A DNA stretch of 58,970 nucleotides, the filler included, from Catajapyx aquilonaris (Eukaryota): assembly GCA_000934665.2 (NCBI GenBank). It is 2 parts of 2 records of this genome, joined end to end, with 100 filler letters (N's around TTAATTAATTAA, not from the genome) between each part and the next. Parts side by side here need not be neighbours in the genome. Positions count along the whole stretch, not along the records: positions 1 to 29,447 come from KZ539220.1; 1 more part is not named here. The stretch is one strand, 5' to 3'. The notes under the pieces are model-generated. The model was not told where the DNA came from. It made no database searches and saw only the letters and a list, made by a program, of their open reading frames with translations. This document shows positions 1 through 11,599 of the stretch, in pieces (the stretch's first letter is position 1; every line of letters begins with the position of its first letter). Both the position numbers and the translations under genes were made by a program.

Positions 1-97
1 CTCTTTCATTTGGTGTATAACACGTTCATGTGCGGTTGATAGGTACGGAGCTATATGCATTTGTAATTATACTATTCATTTGTAATCACCCTGTATA

Positions 98-575
98 TCC
101 CCCTTCAGTTTCTATTGAAGTGTAGACGTCCTTGTGGAAAGAAGAATCTGCAAATGCTATCTTTTGTGCAGTTCCAAACACAGCTTCATAAGGGTTGGTC
201 TTAATTCACGTGTGCAAAGCTCGGTTATTCTTGCTCTGAATAAAACTAAGTCCTTCTGACCACTTCTGGATGCTGTTGTCGGCCATCCACGCTACCAGCA
301 TGTCCCTAAACCAGCCATCCCGACACGAAATTGGCGTCCTGACGTTTAAGTTTCGTCCAGGAAAGCGTTTTGGTCTTTTAAAAAAAGAGCATTTCGGGGT
401 CTGGCCGTTTTGAAAACGACCTCTCACTCCGCGGAGTGGATGGTTTGACATGGAGCGTTCCGCGGAATGATCGTTTTAAAACGTCAATTCCGCGAAATGG
501 ATGGTTTGAAAAGGAGCATTCCGCAGTCTGAACGTTTTTTCGCCCAATGGCCGTTTTCGGGGTTTGAGCCTAACA
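98..575 (-). mobile_element. Ginger2/KRBA2-like (rve integrase) DNA transposon remnant
   Basis: The minus strand begins TGTTAGG at 575 (Ginger-type TGT end), followed by short subterminal repeats. It then reads DMLVAWMADNSIQKWSEGLSFIQSKNNRALHT*IKTNPYEAVFG, which resembles the KRBA2/SCAND3-type integrase core with an in-frame stop. Confidence 0.7.
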
Positions 576-1840
576 CATACACTATACTTCAGATGGTCCT
601 GGAATCCGATGAGTACTGGATACCAGCGAATCCCAGATGGGCCCTTCTTGCTGACATTCTAAGCCTCCGATCCTGTCCCGAAATGAACGATTCCTGCTCA
701 TTGTCTGCATGTGGCTCTGAATATAGTACCTTATAACAAGTGTCCGTTTGTCCCCTCAGACTTCCATTATACTGTCATAATGAATAAGTTACAATATAAT
801 TATATGGCTTGTAAGATTCCCTCTTCTATACTGCTTCTATAATACAAAATCTCTATAAAACTTTTTTTAAACATTTATTCTTCTAGAATAATTTGAATAT
901 TTCTGCCATAATACAGCTCCCTTGTTGAAAACACTCATTGTATTAAAACGATTTCTGAGTGAAGATGGCGATAAGGTGCGATAGGAATGAAGACTCGGGT
1001 GTGAGAATCCTCTTTGAATAAAAGCCGCACACTAGGGAATATTCTGGAAAGTTTCCCACATCCTGTTGCATTCATGGAGTCCGGGGAATTATCGCGTTTG
1101 GCATCTGCGAGGAATGGAAAGCAAGCACCCTTGTCACATTCACTCGACCTGCTAACCTAACTTATTCCGAGTCGGCTGCTCTACTCAGTGAAAATCACAG
1201 ACGTTAAAACAGCCGACTTCTTAAAGACATCAGGGGCATTTTTGTCGCCTAACCGGAGATTTCGCTTCCGGAAATGTGGCCCTTCATGCATATCGCCTCA
1301 GGTGGCTTTAAATAATATTCCGGTCTCATTTTCGTTTCGTTCTCGAAGCTTTATAAATCGCAACAACTTAACAACAGTGGTTGCAACACATTTACGAAAA
1401 CTTCTGGAAAAAAGCTTATTTGGGGATATGTATTTTTCCTGCAAACTGTCCATATTTTCATAGACTCTTCGGGTGGATTGCAAAGACGTGGCCTGTTTAA
1501 ACCGCTATCTAATTGAGCCGCGGTTTAATCTCCGTCTTAGCAATCCACCCTTCGGCTTTTTATTTCCATTACACACAAAACGGTGGTATACTTTCGACGC
1601 AGAACTAAATGTCATATGGCACACAAAAAACTGCCAGGCAATCTCGTCAACTCGTTTTGTGTTAAATGGCACAAAACTGTGTGCCATTTCACATGACACA
1701 CTGCATCTGTTCTCTGCAAAGACATGCCAAAACGTGGCAAGTGACACACGTGTGGAAGGATGAAAGGATTACACATACAGGGTGTCCACAAATGATGGGG
1801 CCCAAGTAAACAAATTCTAGAAAATGCAATATACAAGGTA

Positions 1841-1940
1841 CTATATCGCCCAAAAAGATAGAGACGATTTTGCATTTGACTCAAGTGCAACTTGCACTTG
1901 AATCAAATGCCAATCGTCTCTATCTTTTTGAGCGATATAG
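1841..1940. mobile_element. 100-bp palindromic MITE inserted in the left TIR of the Tc1/mariner element
   Basis: CTATATCGC...GCGATATAG near-perfect hairpin with TA on both sides. Removing it restores the match between the left and right TIRs. Confidence 0.85.
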
Positions 1941-2026
1941 TACAACTCCCGTACATATCTCATCGCAAAGAGGAAGGTTGCAAGTTTTTTTGACATATCT
2001 CACCATATGAAATGATTAGTCTTGTG

Positions 2027-2324
2027 CAGCCCCTAGACACTTCTATCCCAGCGCAATAGAAAAGGCTGATCCGTTATTCCTTCCCGCAGCGGCGCTAGTA
2101 AAAACAATGGAATCTCGCTGTGCGTGTCGTTCATTCGCCATAACAAACTAGCGACCCTGTCGGTACAACTCGTGCTACCAATAGCGTATACCAAGATGGC
2201 CGCAATATGGGGATGTTCACGATCCAGGTCACATCATGGCGACCTCCAGTCAGCGCCACGGCGGGATTGAGTAACGGATCGCAAGATGGCGGGGAGTTTC
2301 CCGACCTATCCTTCTAAGACCGTG
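2027..2324. mobile_element. ~300-bp non-autonomous element with asymmetric ends and 8-bp TSD (copy 1)
   Basis: TSD GTCTTGTG at 2019-2026 and 2325-2332. Ends are CAGCCCC...GACCGTG. Homologous to 51724-52027. Confidence 0.8.
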
Positions 2325-2380
2325 GTCTTGTGCCATCTAGGAGTTAAAAATAGCGTCAGCGGTGGAAAAAGCGTGGTTCG

Positions 2381-2760
2381 TTGCAGGAGTGGTTAATGCT
2401 GCAGCTGCAAGAAGATGCCCCGGATTTCATCTTCCAACAAGATGGAACTCCTCCGCATTTCAATCTCCACGTCCGTGACTACCTGAATCGGCTACTACCT
2501 CAAAGGTGGATCAGGTGTTCCACTGACAGCCATGCACTGTTCCGGGCTTGGCCACCCCGTTCACCGGATTTGACGCCGTGTGATTTTTTTGTGGAGGTAC
2601 ATTAAGGATGCAGTATTTGTGTCACCCCTCCCGGGATCTTCGGCCGAACTGAAGCACCGCGTCACTTCTGTCGTGGCTTCCATAACGCCGGACATGCTGC
2701 AACGCACCGATTTCCGGTTAAACGCCTGGCGTAGTGTCACACGCGGTGCTCATATCGAGG
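2381..2760 (+). pseudogene. Tc1/mariner (rosa-like) transposase C-terminal fragment, frameshifted
   Basis: FQQDGTPPH...WPPRSPDLTPCDFF, then a frameshift near 2590 into LWRYIKDAVF...ELKHRVTSVVASITPDMLQR...GAHIE. Confidence 0.9.
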
Positions 2761-3840
2761 GTTTGTATGTATGTAAAAAAAACTTTCAAGACATTCCTCT
2801 TTGCTATGAGATATGTATGGGAGTTGTACCTTGTATGTTGCATTTTCTAGATTTTTTTTTTACTTTGGCCCCATCATTTGTGGACACCCTGTATAGGTAT
2901 GTTACAGGACACACATGTGGAACTTTATTCTAGTTTCTACGCAAGAATATGTTGTGCTCTCCAAGTTCCAACTGGTATTTTAGTGTCGTATTTGAGATGG
3001 CACGTTTTACCGTGCCGGTTTCGGCCAAAAATTACCATTTTGTTGTGTCATAAAGTTTTCTGAGAAGTACGTATACACAATGACCCAATCATTCCCCAGC
3101 AAAGCCCCAGTGATTCCCTCAGTGATTGGGTCAGAGACCATGTAGTGACCAGGCAAATATTTAAGTAATTTTGTGAGGATTTGAATGGAAATGATTCAGC
3201 AACGTTATCAGACTTGAATATCGATTCATTTGACCTGTAGTACAAATATTATGCAGTTTCCATTGAAATATGTTGTGAATGAAAGCAAATATGCGTGACA
3301 ATAAAAAGGAATAATTTCTATGTGTAATCGTCAGTGATAAACAGGCAGGTTTCCAAAAATGTCTAAATGATTTTTTCCGCCACCTCAGAAAAAATTAAAA
3401 TTCGGGGTTTTACGGCCCCGAAAACATTCGTAAAGAGTTTGCATGAACTGATATTTCTGTTCATTTGCTCTGTTAAGTTATTATCATACTTCAAATTATT
3501 CTAGCAATGGGAAAGAATGAATAAACGGAAGGTCTTTTATTGCAAGGTGTATTATAGAGACCTCTAGAATAACGCGAACGGTCAGTAACAATGACGGATG
3601 CAGCCAGGAGCAAAGTCCAGAGGGCATAAAGGAAAAATGATGTCAAAAGGAATTGTTTCACAGCAACTCTTTATTATGGAATCCACTTTCTATCCTTTCA
3701 ATAACGTATTCATTAAAATACCCCGGAAACTAATGCTGAATTATTAATGATAAGAATGTATTTATTTGGTCGGGCTAACATATTATCTTACCAGCCCTTC
3801 CCGGTGATTATACGAACTTCTCCACTCTTGTGGAGGATTA

Positions 3841-4338
3841 AGGGGGTTCACACTAGCATACGAAACGAAACTATGAACCAATCAGAGCTCACTTGCGGAT
3901 TACGGGAGGTGACGGAAATTACGAAACGAAAAATATGACCTGAACCAAACTTTCACTTTACGGTGAATACGGACCTTTCTACCAATGGGAGAGCCAGGAA
4001 ACCGGAGTGGGTGTGGGGAGCGAGTGGGGGTAGAAATTGGGGGCAGCGCCGGCAGTGCCTCTGGTGGGGGCAGGACGAAGGAGCTCATTCGGGACTCGGG
4101 AGTCGGAGCAAGCGGAGAGCGGGCCTCGGGAGAAGAGAAGGGTCCCAACCGGTCCGAAGGGAAGGAGAGCCAGAGGGAGAGCCGATTTCCTGCCAGAGAG
4201 TTCCAGCACAGCGCATGCGCTGCGGGATACGGAGGCTAAGCCACGCCCCTCGCTTTTATGTGTCTCTGCACCTCGCCCATATTTCCGTTCGTTTCGTCGC
4301 ACCGTTTCGTACCTACCGTGTCTAGTCTGAACCCGGCT
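3841..4338. mobile_element. PIF/Harbinger-type MITE
   Basis: TTA|AGGGGGTTCACACTAG ... CTAGTCTGAACCCGGCT|TTA, giving a 3-bp TTA TSD. Subterminal ACGAAAC repeats are present. Confidence 0.7.
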
Positions 4339-4657
4339 TTAATATCCCTGAAGGTACCCCTCTCTTCGGAAGAGCATAGGTTATTTCGAAGTTAAGATTT
4401 TCCTAACTTCATTTCCCTTTTGAGCACCATTATTATGGGAAAAGAAATACTGGAACATATTCTTTTGTATGTGGGTACATGTGAAACCTTCCAAGGCCTC
4501 TGAATCATTGCAAATAAGTGAATCCTCGTCAATAGTGCGAACTGGAATTGTGTGGGAGCGTAAAGTTGAATCTTGATCAGAGTGTAAAATGTGCTTATTG
4601 ATCACATTGAACGTGCAGAGCCTTTGAAAGTGTAATTGATTGTCTACTTGCATTCAG

Positions 4658-4823
4658 GAAGGAAACAAGCTTCACCAACCTGGGGGCAGCGGAAACCAAA
4701 TTACTCTACACTTTGCATTGGATACTCTTGGATTCGGCTCTGGAATGCGCCGAAGCTGATTACGAACATGGAGTTCTACATGTCACGCCATTCGCTTACC
4801 TTTTCTCTGTACCAGCTGTTACG
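4658..4823 (+). CDS. unc80: unc-80 internal exon (KETSFTNLGAAETKLLYTLHWILLDSALEC...VPAVT)
   Basis: cattcag acceptor, ACG|gtaagt donor, conserved UNC-80 N-terminal motif. Confidence 0.92.
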
Positions 4824-5264
4824 GTAAGTGACTTCTTTATCTTCTCCATTCCATTTGTACACAGGCCGAAAGAAATAATGGCTAACGCACAAATTGTACT
4901 GCATAGGCCGTATTGCACGTATATACAGGGTGGTGAGTAAGAGGCGAACTTTCTCTAGGGTTTACTAGGGTCATTGAGATATCATACGGCAAAATTATCT
5001 AGTTAATGTTGGCGATTCCTATTCCATTAGAGATAACAGCACGTTAAAATTACACATTAGTTAATGGGAGCATCCTGTGTTATCCACGTAGCAAATGAAG
5101 TTGTGGGTTGGCTTAACCCGCAGGTTGACCCCCATTGAGTAGGTCAGTAAGCCTACATAAGTTACGTATTTACCTTACCCTACTACACTGTACTCTCGAT
5201 TTTCCGGGTGCGGATTATTCGTGCATCGCCAAAAATTAAATATAAAATTAAAGTACAAAAAATG

Positions 5265-5372
5265 GGCCGAATTTTCGTCACACTGCTAGATACTGCTAAC
5301 TTAGCAGCACCAGTGCCAACACTGGTACTGCTAAGTTATAGCAGTAACTAGCAGTGGAACGAAAATTCGACC
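5265..5372. repeat. ~108-bp palindromic MITE-like hairpin
   Basis: GGCCGAATTTTCG...CAGTG ccaa CACTG...CGAAAATTCGACC inverted arms. Confidence 0.75.
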
Positions 5373-5735
5373 AACTGTCAATGTCTTGCCAACGAAGAAA
5401 ATATAAGACTTTTTCTAGAAGACAAAGTAAAAATATATGGTAGATTTTATTATTTTGATTCAACAAAGCAGCATAATATACTCTCTGTACAGTAGTACTT
5501 ACATTAAAACCCCGCGAATAGGTCATTTTTTACGATGTCTAGGACCATTTTCCGATTATCCGGCAAAAAAATCATTTTGGGAATGGCTTGTTGAAACAAT
5601 ATTGGTATCGTTCGCCAATAACTGAACTATTTTGTAAGGCTTTTTCCAGGCTTAAAAAGAATAATATTAAATGAAAATTCTCAAATAAATTGTCGTAATT
5701 TGCTAATGCTGTCGTTCCAACTGTATTCTTTTCAG

Positions 5736-5976
5736 TTGTTTGTATACCTATTTGCACCACTTTGCCATCATCTGAAAGAATCGGACTTTCAAAATTTTCG
5801 ACTGGAGAACGGAATGAAGATGTGGCCAGCCATGTGGGAATATCGTCATCCTGATACCTCGTGTTTCACTGCTCACGTAAAACCGAAGAGACCTCGCATG
5901 TGGCTCAAACGGATTGCCAAGGCAACCAACGTCAACACTCAATTTGGAGATGTCTTTCTCGGAGGAGCTAAGTCAG
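5736..5976 (+). CDS. unc80: unc-80 internal exon (LFVYLFAPLCHHLKESDFQNFRLENG...FGDVFLGGAKS)
   Basis: ttttcag acceptor, CAG|gtataa donor, phase 0 in and phase 1 out. Confidence 0.92.
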
Positions 5977-6315
5977 GTATAATTATACTCGTATAGGCAC
6001 AAGTCGAGTATGAAGAATGAATGGTTTGGTGTTATTATAGAATTCAGGTTTAGGAAGAATTAATCCACATAGGCTATTTGGCTGCAGATCGTGAATGGGT
6101 GGACAAAATGTTATGAAATTTAAACACAGGTGACGTCACATAATGGGCTGAAAGTGTGTACTTTTATGATGTAGGAATCTGCGAGGAGGCAACTCGCAGA
6201 TCTCCTGAGGCTTGATCTTGCATAGACCCTATTATATTGATGATGCTCAGCTCTGTGAATAGTACTCATTTCGTTTCAAGTAAATATCATCCCTACTAAT
6301 TGTACATGTCGGTAC

Positions 6316-6567
6316 CCATTAGTAGCAAACACCTGATGCTGCCAGTCAGTTTCCGTCCTACAGTGTTGGACATTAATCGCATCATACTGCTAGCGACATT
6401 TTCCGAAGAGGCAGAAGAGCGAATCGAAGCAATGGATAGTGCAAGCCGTGCGAGCAAGATTCATTCTACTGCCGCTTCGGAAAATGTCGCTAGCAATATG
6501 ACGCGATTAATATCCAACACTGTAGGACGGAAACTGACTGGCAGCATCAGGTGTTTGCTACCAATGG
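6316..6567. mobile_element. Foldback MITE with ~100-bp inverted arms
   Basis: CCATTAGTAGCAAACACCTGATGCTGCCAG... versus ...CTGGCAGCATCAGGTGTTTGCTACCAATGG. No clear TSD. Confidence 0.75.
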
Positions 6568-7264
6568 AAGTCACAACGCTGGCTGCGAACACAAGCACGG
6601 GCTTGCATGAACCACCGTGGTCTTCCCTGCTCGGCACACTATTGGATACAATATGGCTGCCAGAATCACACCCTGCTCAATTAAGATATCACTGGTAATG
6701 GTCCTATCGTATGTGACCCAAATGCAAAGGTGGAACTAAAGGTGGAACACAACCTTTGGCGTTAATTAAATAGGTGTGACGGTGCTATAACATATTTCAC
6801 AGTCTAAAATATGAAATAATGGCCTAATAATTAAATAAGAAATAATGCCTTGTAAAGCACCAGCTTCATCTGTGCCTGCTTTTCCAATATGAAATAAAAT
6901 GAGCGTATACTTAGGCTAAAGTACGTAGGGATGTTTTTAGTTTGCGGCGCGGTCAAAACAGCTATTTTAGCTACAGACCGTACAGTCGCGCGATTGAAAG
7001 GCTACCCAATCAGGCAAATAGTACCTTTTCACATGTAAATAATACTAACAAACTAGGAATTTGTAAAGCAGGGATTAGAAGAAAAAAACCGGTTGGCTTG
7101 TTATTATTGAGGTGGAAGGGAAGAAAGCTCGTTCAAAGTCCGCGAGTCGGGCTGACGTACAAGGCTATATGGTAGTTTTGGTCTCATGAGCAGAGACACA
7201 GGCCATGAAACATGGCGCAATCATTTTCTGACTTTTTCTAATGATAGTGCGACGAAGAGACCAG

Positions 7265-7468
7265 ATTTTTAGAGGATCATCTTTTCATTAACTGACTGTA
7301 ATCATTGCCTGTGCTGCGATGGGTTTTGATTGTGAGAGGAAACTGGGAGCACGGAGAGAAATCTTCGAAACGATTTTTTCATGAGAATCCTCTGTCCGGC
7401 CCGATGATCGAACTCGGAACCTCAGAGGTGGAACGCTGAGGAGCTAGCCACTACATCACAGTGCCTCC
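7265..7468 (-). mobile_element. Degenerate tRNA-derived SINE of the V-domain-like family
   Basis: The reverse complement resembles the SINEs at 43020-43236 and 47362-47647 (A/B boxes, CAGTTTCCTCTCACA core remnant). Confidence 0.65.
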
Positions 7469-7987
7469 CAATCGTTACGGAGAAGTCCGTGTAAGTCAAT
7501 GGAAGAGATGAGTTAAAGAAAAATAGTTTTGAGCCAGCTTCCACCGTTCACACCAATCATGTGGGTTGTCCCTTGAATGGCGGAACTTGCATTTTAGTTA
7601 GGCCTCATCATCAGTTATGTAGTAATGTACAGTAGCTGGGAGAATACTGCATATTAATTTAAAAGTTCCCACTGCATTGCTGTTGACAGCTCTACCCGAT
7701 ACAATGGTAGGGTATTATTTTGGACTCGTTAATATCGTTCGTTCCAGTTTTAATGAACAACTGTCATTTCAAAAAATTAGTCACAATATACTACTACTTT
7801 AAAAATGAAAATAGAGTTTCATTGAACATTCCTTGCGCCTCCTGTCGTGATTTCAATTTTTAAAAATGCAAACATGAGAATTTGAATAATTGCCATTGTT
7901 GCAAAACCCGAATCTAGAGAACATAACTGACAAGGGTAAGTGTTGGAATTAATGGAGTTGCTCATTGAAACTTGGCACAAAAATATA

Positions 7988-8465
7988 GGCAGGTAAGTTA
8001 TTAAAGAAAATACAAACAATTTAGGCGGATGCCCACAAGGTCAAAAGTTATGACCTCTCGAACTCACAAGGGACACTTTCCAAGGTCTCACCGATTTTGT
8101 TTTCATTCGGTACATTGGTAGCCCACCCCAAGGGATAAAAAAACGCACCTAAAGTGACCTGCTCAAAATAACCCGGTGACCCCTTTTGGGGGGCTAAGAA
8201 TGCACCGAATTTCAAGAAAATCGGTGCGTTTTTGGCATTTACGAGTTGACCTCTGCCCCCCAAAAAGGGGTCACCGGGTTATTTTGAGCAGGTCACTTTA
8301 GGTACGTTTTTCATCCCTTGGGTTGGGCTACCAATGTACCGAATTTCAAGAAAATCTGTGAGACCTTGGAAAGTGTCCCTTGTGAATTCGAGAGGTAATA
8401 ACTTTTGACCTTCTATCGTTCCGCAGAAACGGTTTGCATTTTGTTTAATTAATAACTTACCTGTC
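7988..8465. mobile_element. TA-flanked foldback MITE
   Basis: TA|GGCAGGTAAGTTATTAA ... TTAATAACTTACCTGTC|TA with long internal inverted arms. Confidence 0.8.
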
Positions 8466-8860
8466 TATATTATTGTGTCACGTGTAATTCAGCAACTCCA
8501 TTTACAACACTTACAGTTCCCTTGTGAGATTCACTTCTTAATATGACATTATTACGGACGATTTCCATTGCGAATTTTGGCGGACGGAGGAAAAGCCTAT
8601 CTTGCTGCCAGAGCCTTACATTGACATGCGGGCATTGTTGGAAGTTATTGTCCAACAATGTCAGCATCTGTATCTCAGCCATGTGTTATCGAACGGCTAT
8701 CGGATTTGAACTGTCATAAAGGAGTTTCAATATAACTCTGAATAGCCATGCACATATCACGTTCAATGCGAATAACTGCAACAATACTATGTACGGTGAC
8801 TAGAAGCATTTCGCTAATGCAGCTGGGCCTCAGACTGTCAGTGGCTTTGTATTATCTTAG

Positions 8861-8982
8861 GAAAAGCAAATCTGGAGGAAGGAGTGTGGGGAACTGAAAG
8901 TCCAGCCAGCCAAGCGATTAGTACTTCACCGTCTGAAGTAACACCTGAGCCTCGACCTGAAGCACCTCCTGCTGAGGATGAG
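8861..8982 (+). CDS. unc80: unc-80 internal exon (GKANLEEGVWGTESPASQAIST...PPAEDE)
   Basis: atcttag acceptor, GAG|gtacgt donor, open frame, phase 1 in and phase 0 out, matching its neighbours. Confidence 0.75.
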
Positions 8983-9553
8983 GTACGTATACGATCTTTG
9001 AGGTTTGGAAAGCAAGTAAATGGTCTCATCACTAGAGGTCTTTTTGTGGTTAGGAATGGGTAAAGTGTGACTTTGAATGAAACTATTAAAACTCGATGCG
9101 TAGACCATGGCAATTTAATGCCAATCTGTGACTGCACCATTTGCTCCCTTTCTTTCTATAAGTTTAAAAAAATGACTAGTAGATTGGAAATTCAGTTTTT
9201 GCGGGGAAACTTAGTGCAATCTCACAATCGACAGGCTATTTTATTTCTATTTATGCCCCTCTTCTGCAATTTTATGACATTGCAAAATGTTAAGATCCCG
9301 TACAATGCAATTTTATTGCTCCAAGTGTTCATATTTGTATCTAGAAAATGGGCTGGAGGGAGAAAGTTAATTTAACTTCATTTTGGCCGGCTTACTTTGT
9401 ACTAATGACAGTAATCATGACACGCTCACAAAACATCCTATTCGCTACTGATGATGTTTTACTGCCATTTCTGTCACTCCTTTTAAAGTTACTGGCGAAT
9501 ATTCGGAAAAATGTTCGTAATCAATGTTACTGCTAAAAACCGTTATTCATTAG

Positions 9554-9613
9554 GACGCGGCCTTCCCTGAAACAATTCCAGAAGAGTCTTCCAGCAATGG
9601 TGAAGAGCACGTG
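9554..9613 (+). CDS. unc80: unc-80 internal exon (DAAFPETIPEESSSNGEEHV)
   Basis: cattag acceptor, GTG|gtaagt donor. The FPETIPEESSS motif is recalled from insect UNC-80. Confidence 0.85.
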
Positions 9614-10547
9614 GTAAGTGCTCCATTTTTTGTGCATACTGTCCTTGAAGCTGCAAGATGTCAAAAATGAGGACACAGGAACAAGACTGTTAACTACTGT
9701 AAAACAGGCTAAGAATAATAATGCGATTAATTTATTCGTATATATGTCACAAAAAACGTTTAGATGCATATTTCATGAAAGGCGTCTTTAAGAAGTCGAA
9801 AAGATCTCACAATAACCAATTCAATCTTTTATCAAACTAATTCAAAAATGTCATTATTATGGCTTTTAACGCATATCCTAATGTCCTGGTGGGCGAGAAG
9901 CAGTTACAGTTTGTTAAAAATTCAACTAGGCCTATAATATTACTCTAAAAATATAGCAACCTAGGGATGACAAAGACATCAATGCAACAACCTTAAGCCA
10001 GTAATCGCTCATCTGGACGCGGCGTTACACTTTGACCCTGATGTGTGTCATTATGGCGCTGCCAATTAGGCTACCAATTTTTTTAATCACTTTCTTTCAA
10101 TGTGTCAATTGCACTAGGTTTGTTGCGAGTACTACAGGATGTATCAGAAGTCGGTGCCTATTTTTATTTCCGAATAACTTTCCAACGAGTACACCTACGG
10201 AAGTGAAACTCGTATATGATTCAAAATGCGCGGGAATTCATGAGAATTTATCTGGGTGACACCTCATCAGTGACACCTTGCTGCGGTGTCGAGCGCAGCT
10301 TGACACTTCTTCCGCGGCGGAGCATTAGCTGGTGCGGATTGACACTTCTTGCCAGAGTTGGGTAGTAACTGAGTAGAAATAACGCGTTACTAGTAACTAG
10401 TTACTTTTTGAGTACTTTTCCTGGTAACTTCGTTACTTTTGTGCACAAGTAACTAGTACTTGTAACTAGTTACCTTTAAACAGTAACTTTGTAACGAAAG
10501 TTACCAAGTTACTTTTCCATGCAGGGTTTGAAAAGCACCTATTTTAA

Positions 10548-10962
10548 AGGGACACTATACTCAAAACAACAAGTTTGGCTCTAAAAATCGGGCAAAAAAT
10601 CCTGAATCCGAAGGTGCCATCCGTTTTTCGCTGCGCGGAACGGTAATCCCAGGGCGAGAGGTCAAAGTGGGGAAATTCAAATAGTGCGCAAGAAGCTGGC
10701 CGTCCGCCAGCGACGCCCTCGGGACCTTGGGAACTGGAGGGCTGCTCCCGCCTGCTCCCCCGCTTAGGCCAATCCCAGAGCGGTGCAGCCCTCCAGTTCC
10801 CCTGTTCCCCGCGTGGCGGCACCGATCATTAGCAGACGACTCACTTTGACATCTCGCCCTGGGATTACCGTTCCGCGTAGCGAAAAACGAATTGCACCGT
10901 CGGATTCAGGATTTTTTGCCCGATTTTTAGAGCCAAACTTGTTTTTTGAGTGGAGTGTCCCT
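10548..10962. mobile_element. Kolobok-type MITE
   Basis: TTAA|AGGGACACT ... AGTGTCCCT|TTAA with ~110-bp inverted arms. Confidence 0.75.
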
Positions 10963-11548
10963 TTAACATGCAGATGATTCATTTATTTGGTGACAGTGGG
11001 ACGGTTCCCTCCGCGCCGATGGCTATTCCGGATTATGTCTGACTCAAGTCCGGTGATTTAAGACGGGGATGTAGAAAATCAGGACTTCTTCGAGTTACAA
11101 CTCTGACCGAAAGAGGAGACACTCGATCCCACCCTCCCCACACAAAAGAAGGGTCGCGTTTGCGGTTGACCATTCCCTCTAGGCACAATAAAAACCGTGA
11201 AAAATAGGGTTCCTCCAACTTCTAATAGATGTCAAATATCAGTCAAATTTTGACAAAATTATTATTTGCCGAAAGGTTATAGCTAAATATAAAAATCGGC
11301 TTCACTGGTCCGGAGCACCTAATTTTTCCGCATTTTTTGGTGCTTGTTACGACATGACGTGAAATTTTACGACGGGGTAAATTACTCCTGAATGCAAATG
11401 ACTTTTTAAAATACTATAAGAATATGGGAAATGTACAGCACACATGACTGTGTAAGAGAGAGGTCAGTTACACTTACACAAAAAAAATTGGTTCTGCTGT
11501 TGTAAGTTAGCGAGAACTTTACTCCCAAATTATCTCCCCCCCCCCCCC

Positions 11549-11599
11549 NNNNNNNNNNNNNNNNNNNNNNNNNNNNNNNNNNNNNNNNNNNNNNNNNNN
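11549..11599. other. Assembly gap between poly-C and poly-G runs
   Basis: Run of N with a C tract on the left and a G tract on the right. Confidence 0.95.

Larger units (their letters stand above)
1778..2891 (+). mobile_element. Tc1/mariner (rosa-like) internally deleted transposon with ~130-bp TIRs
   Basis: TA|CAGGGTGTCCACAAATGATGGGGCC at 1778 and GGCCCCATCATTTGTGGACACCCTG|TA ending at 2891. Contains a transposase C-terminal remnant and two nested insertions. Confidence 0.9.

Noticed and set aside
3900..4330. Five overlapping GC-rich ORFs
   Set aside because: They lie inside a Harbinger-type MITE, have low-complexity translations and show no recognisable domain.
9345..9365. Possible 21-nt unc-80 microexon (KMGWREK) after ATCTAG
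   Set aside because: It is frame-compatible, but the donor AAA|GTTAAT is weak, the peptide is not recognisable and the flanking exons join without it.
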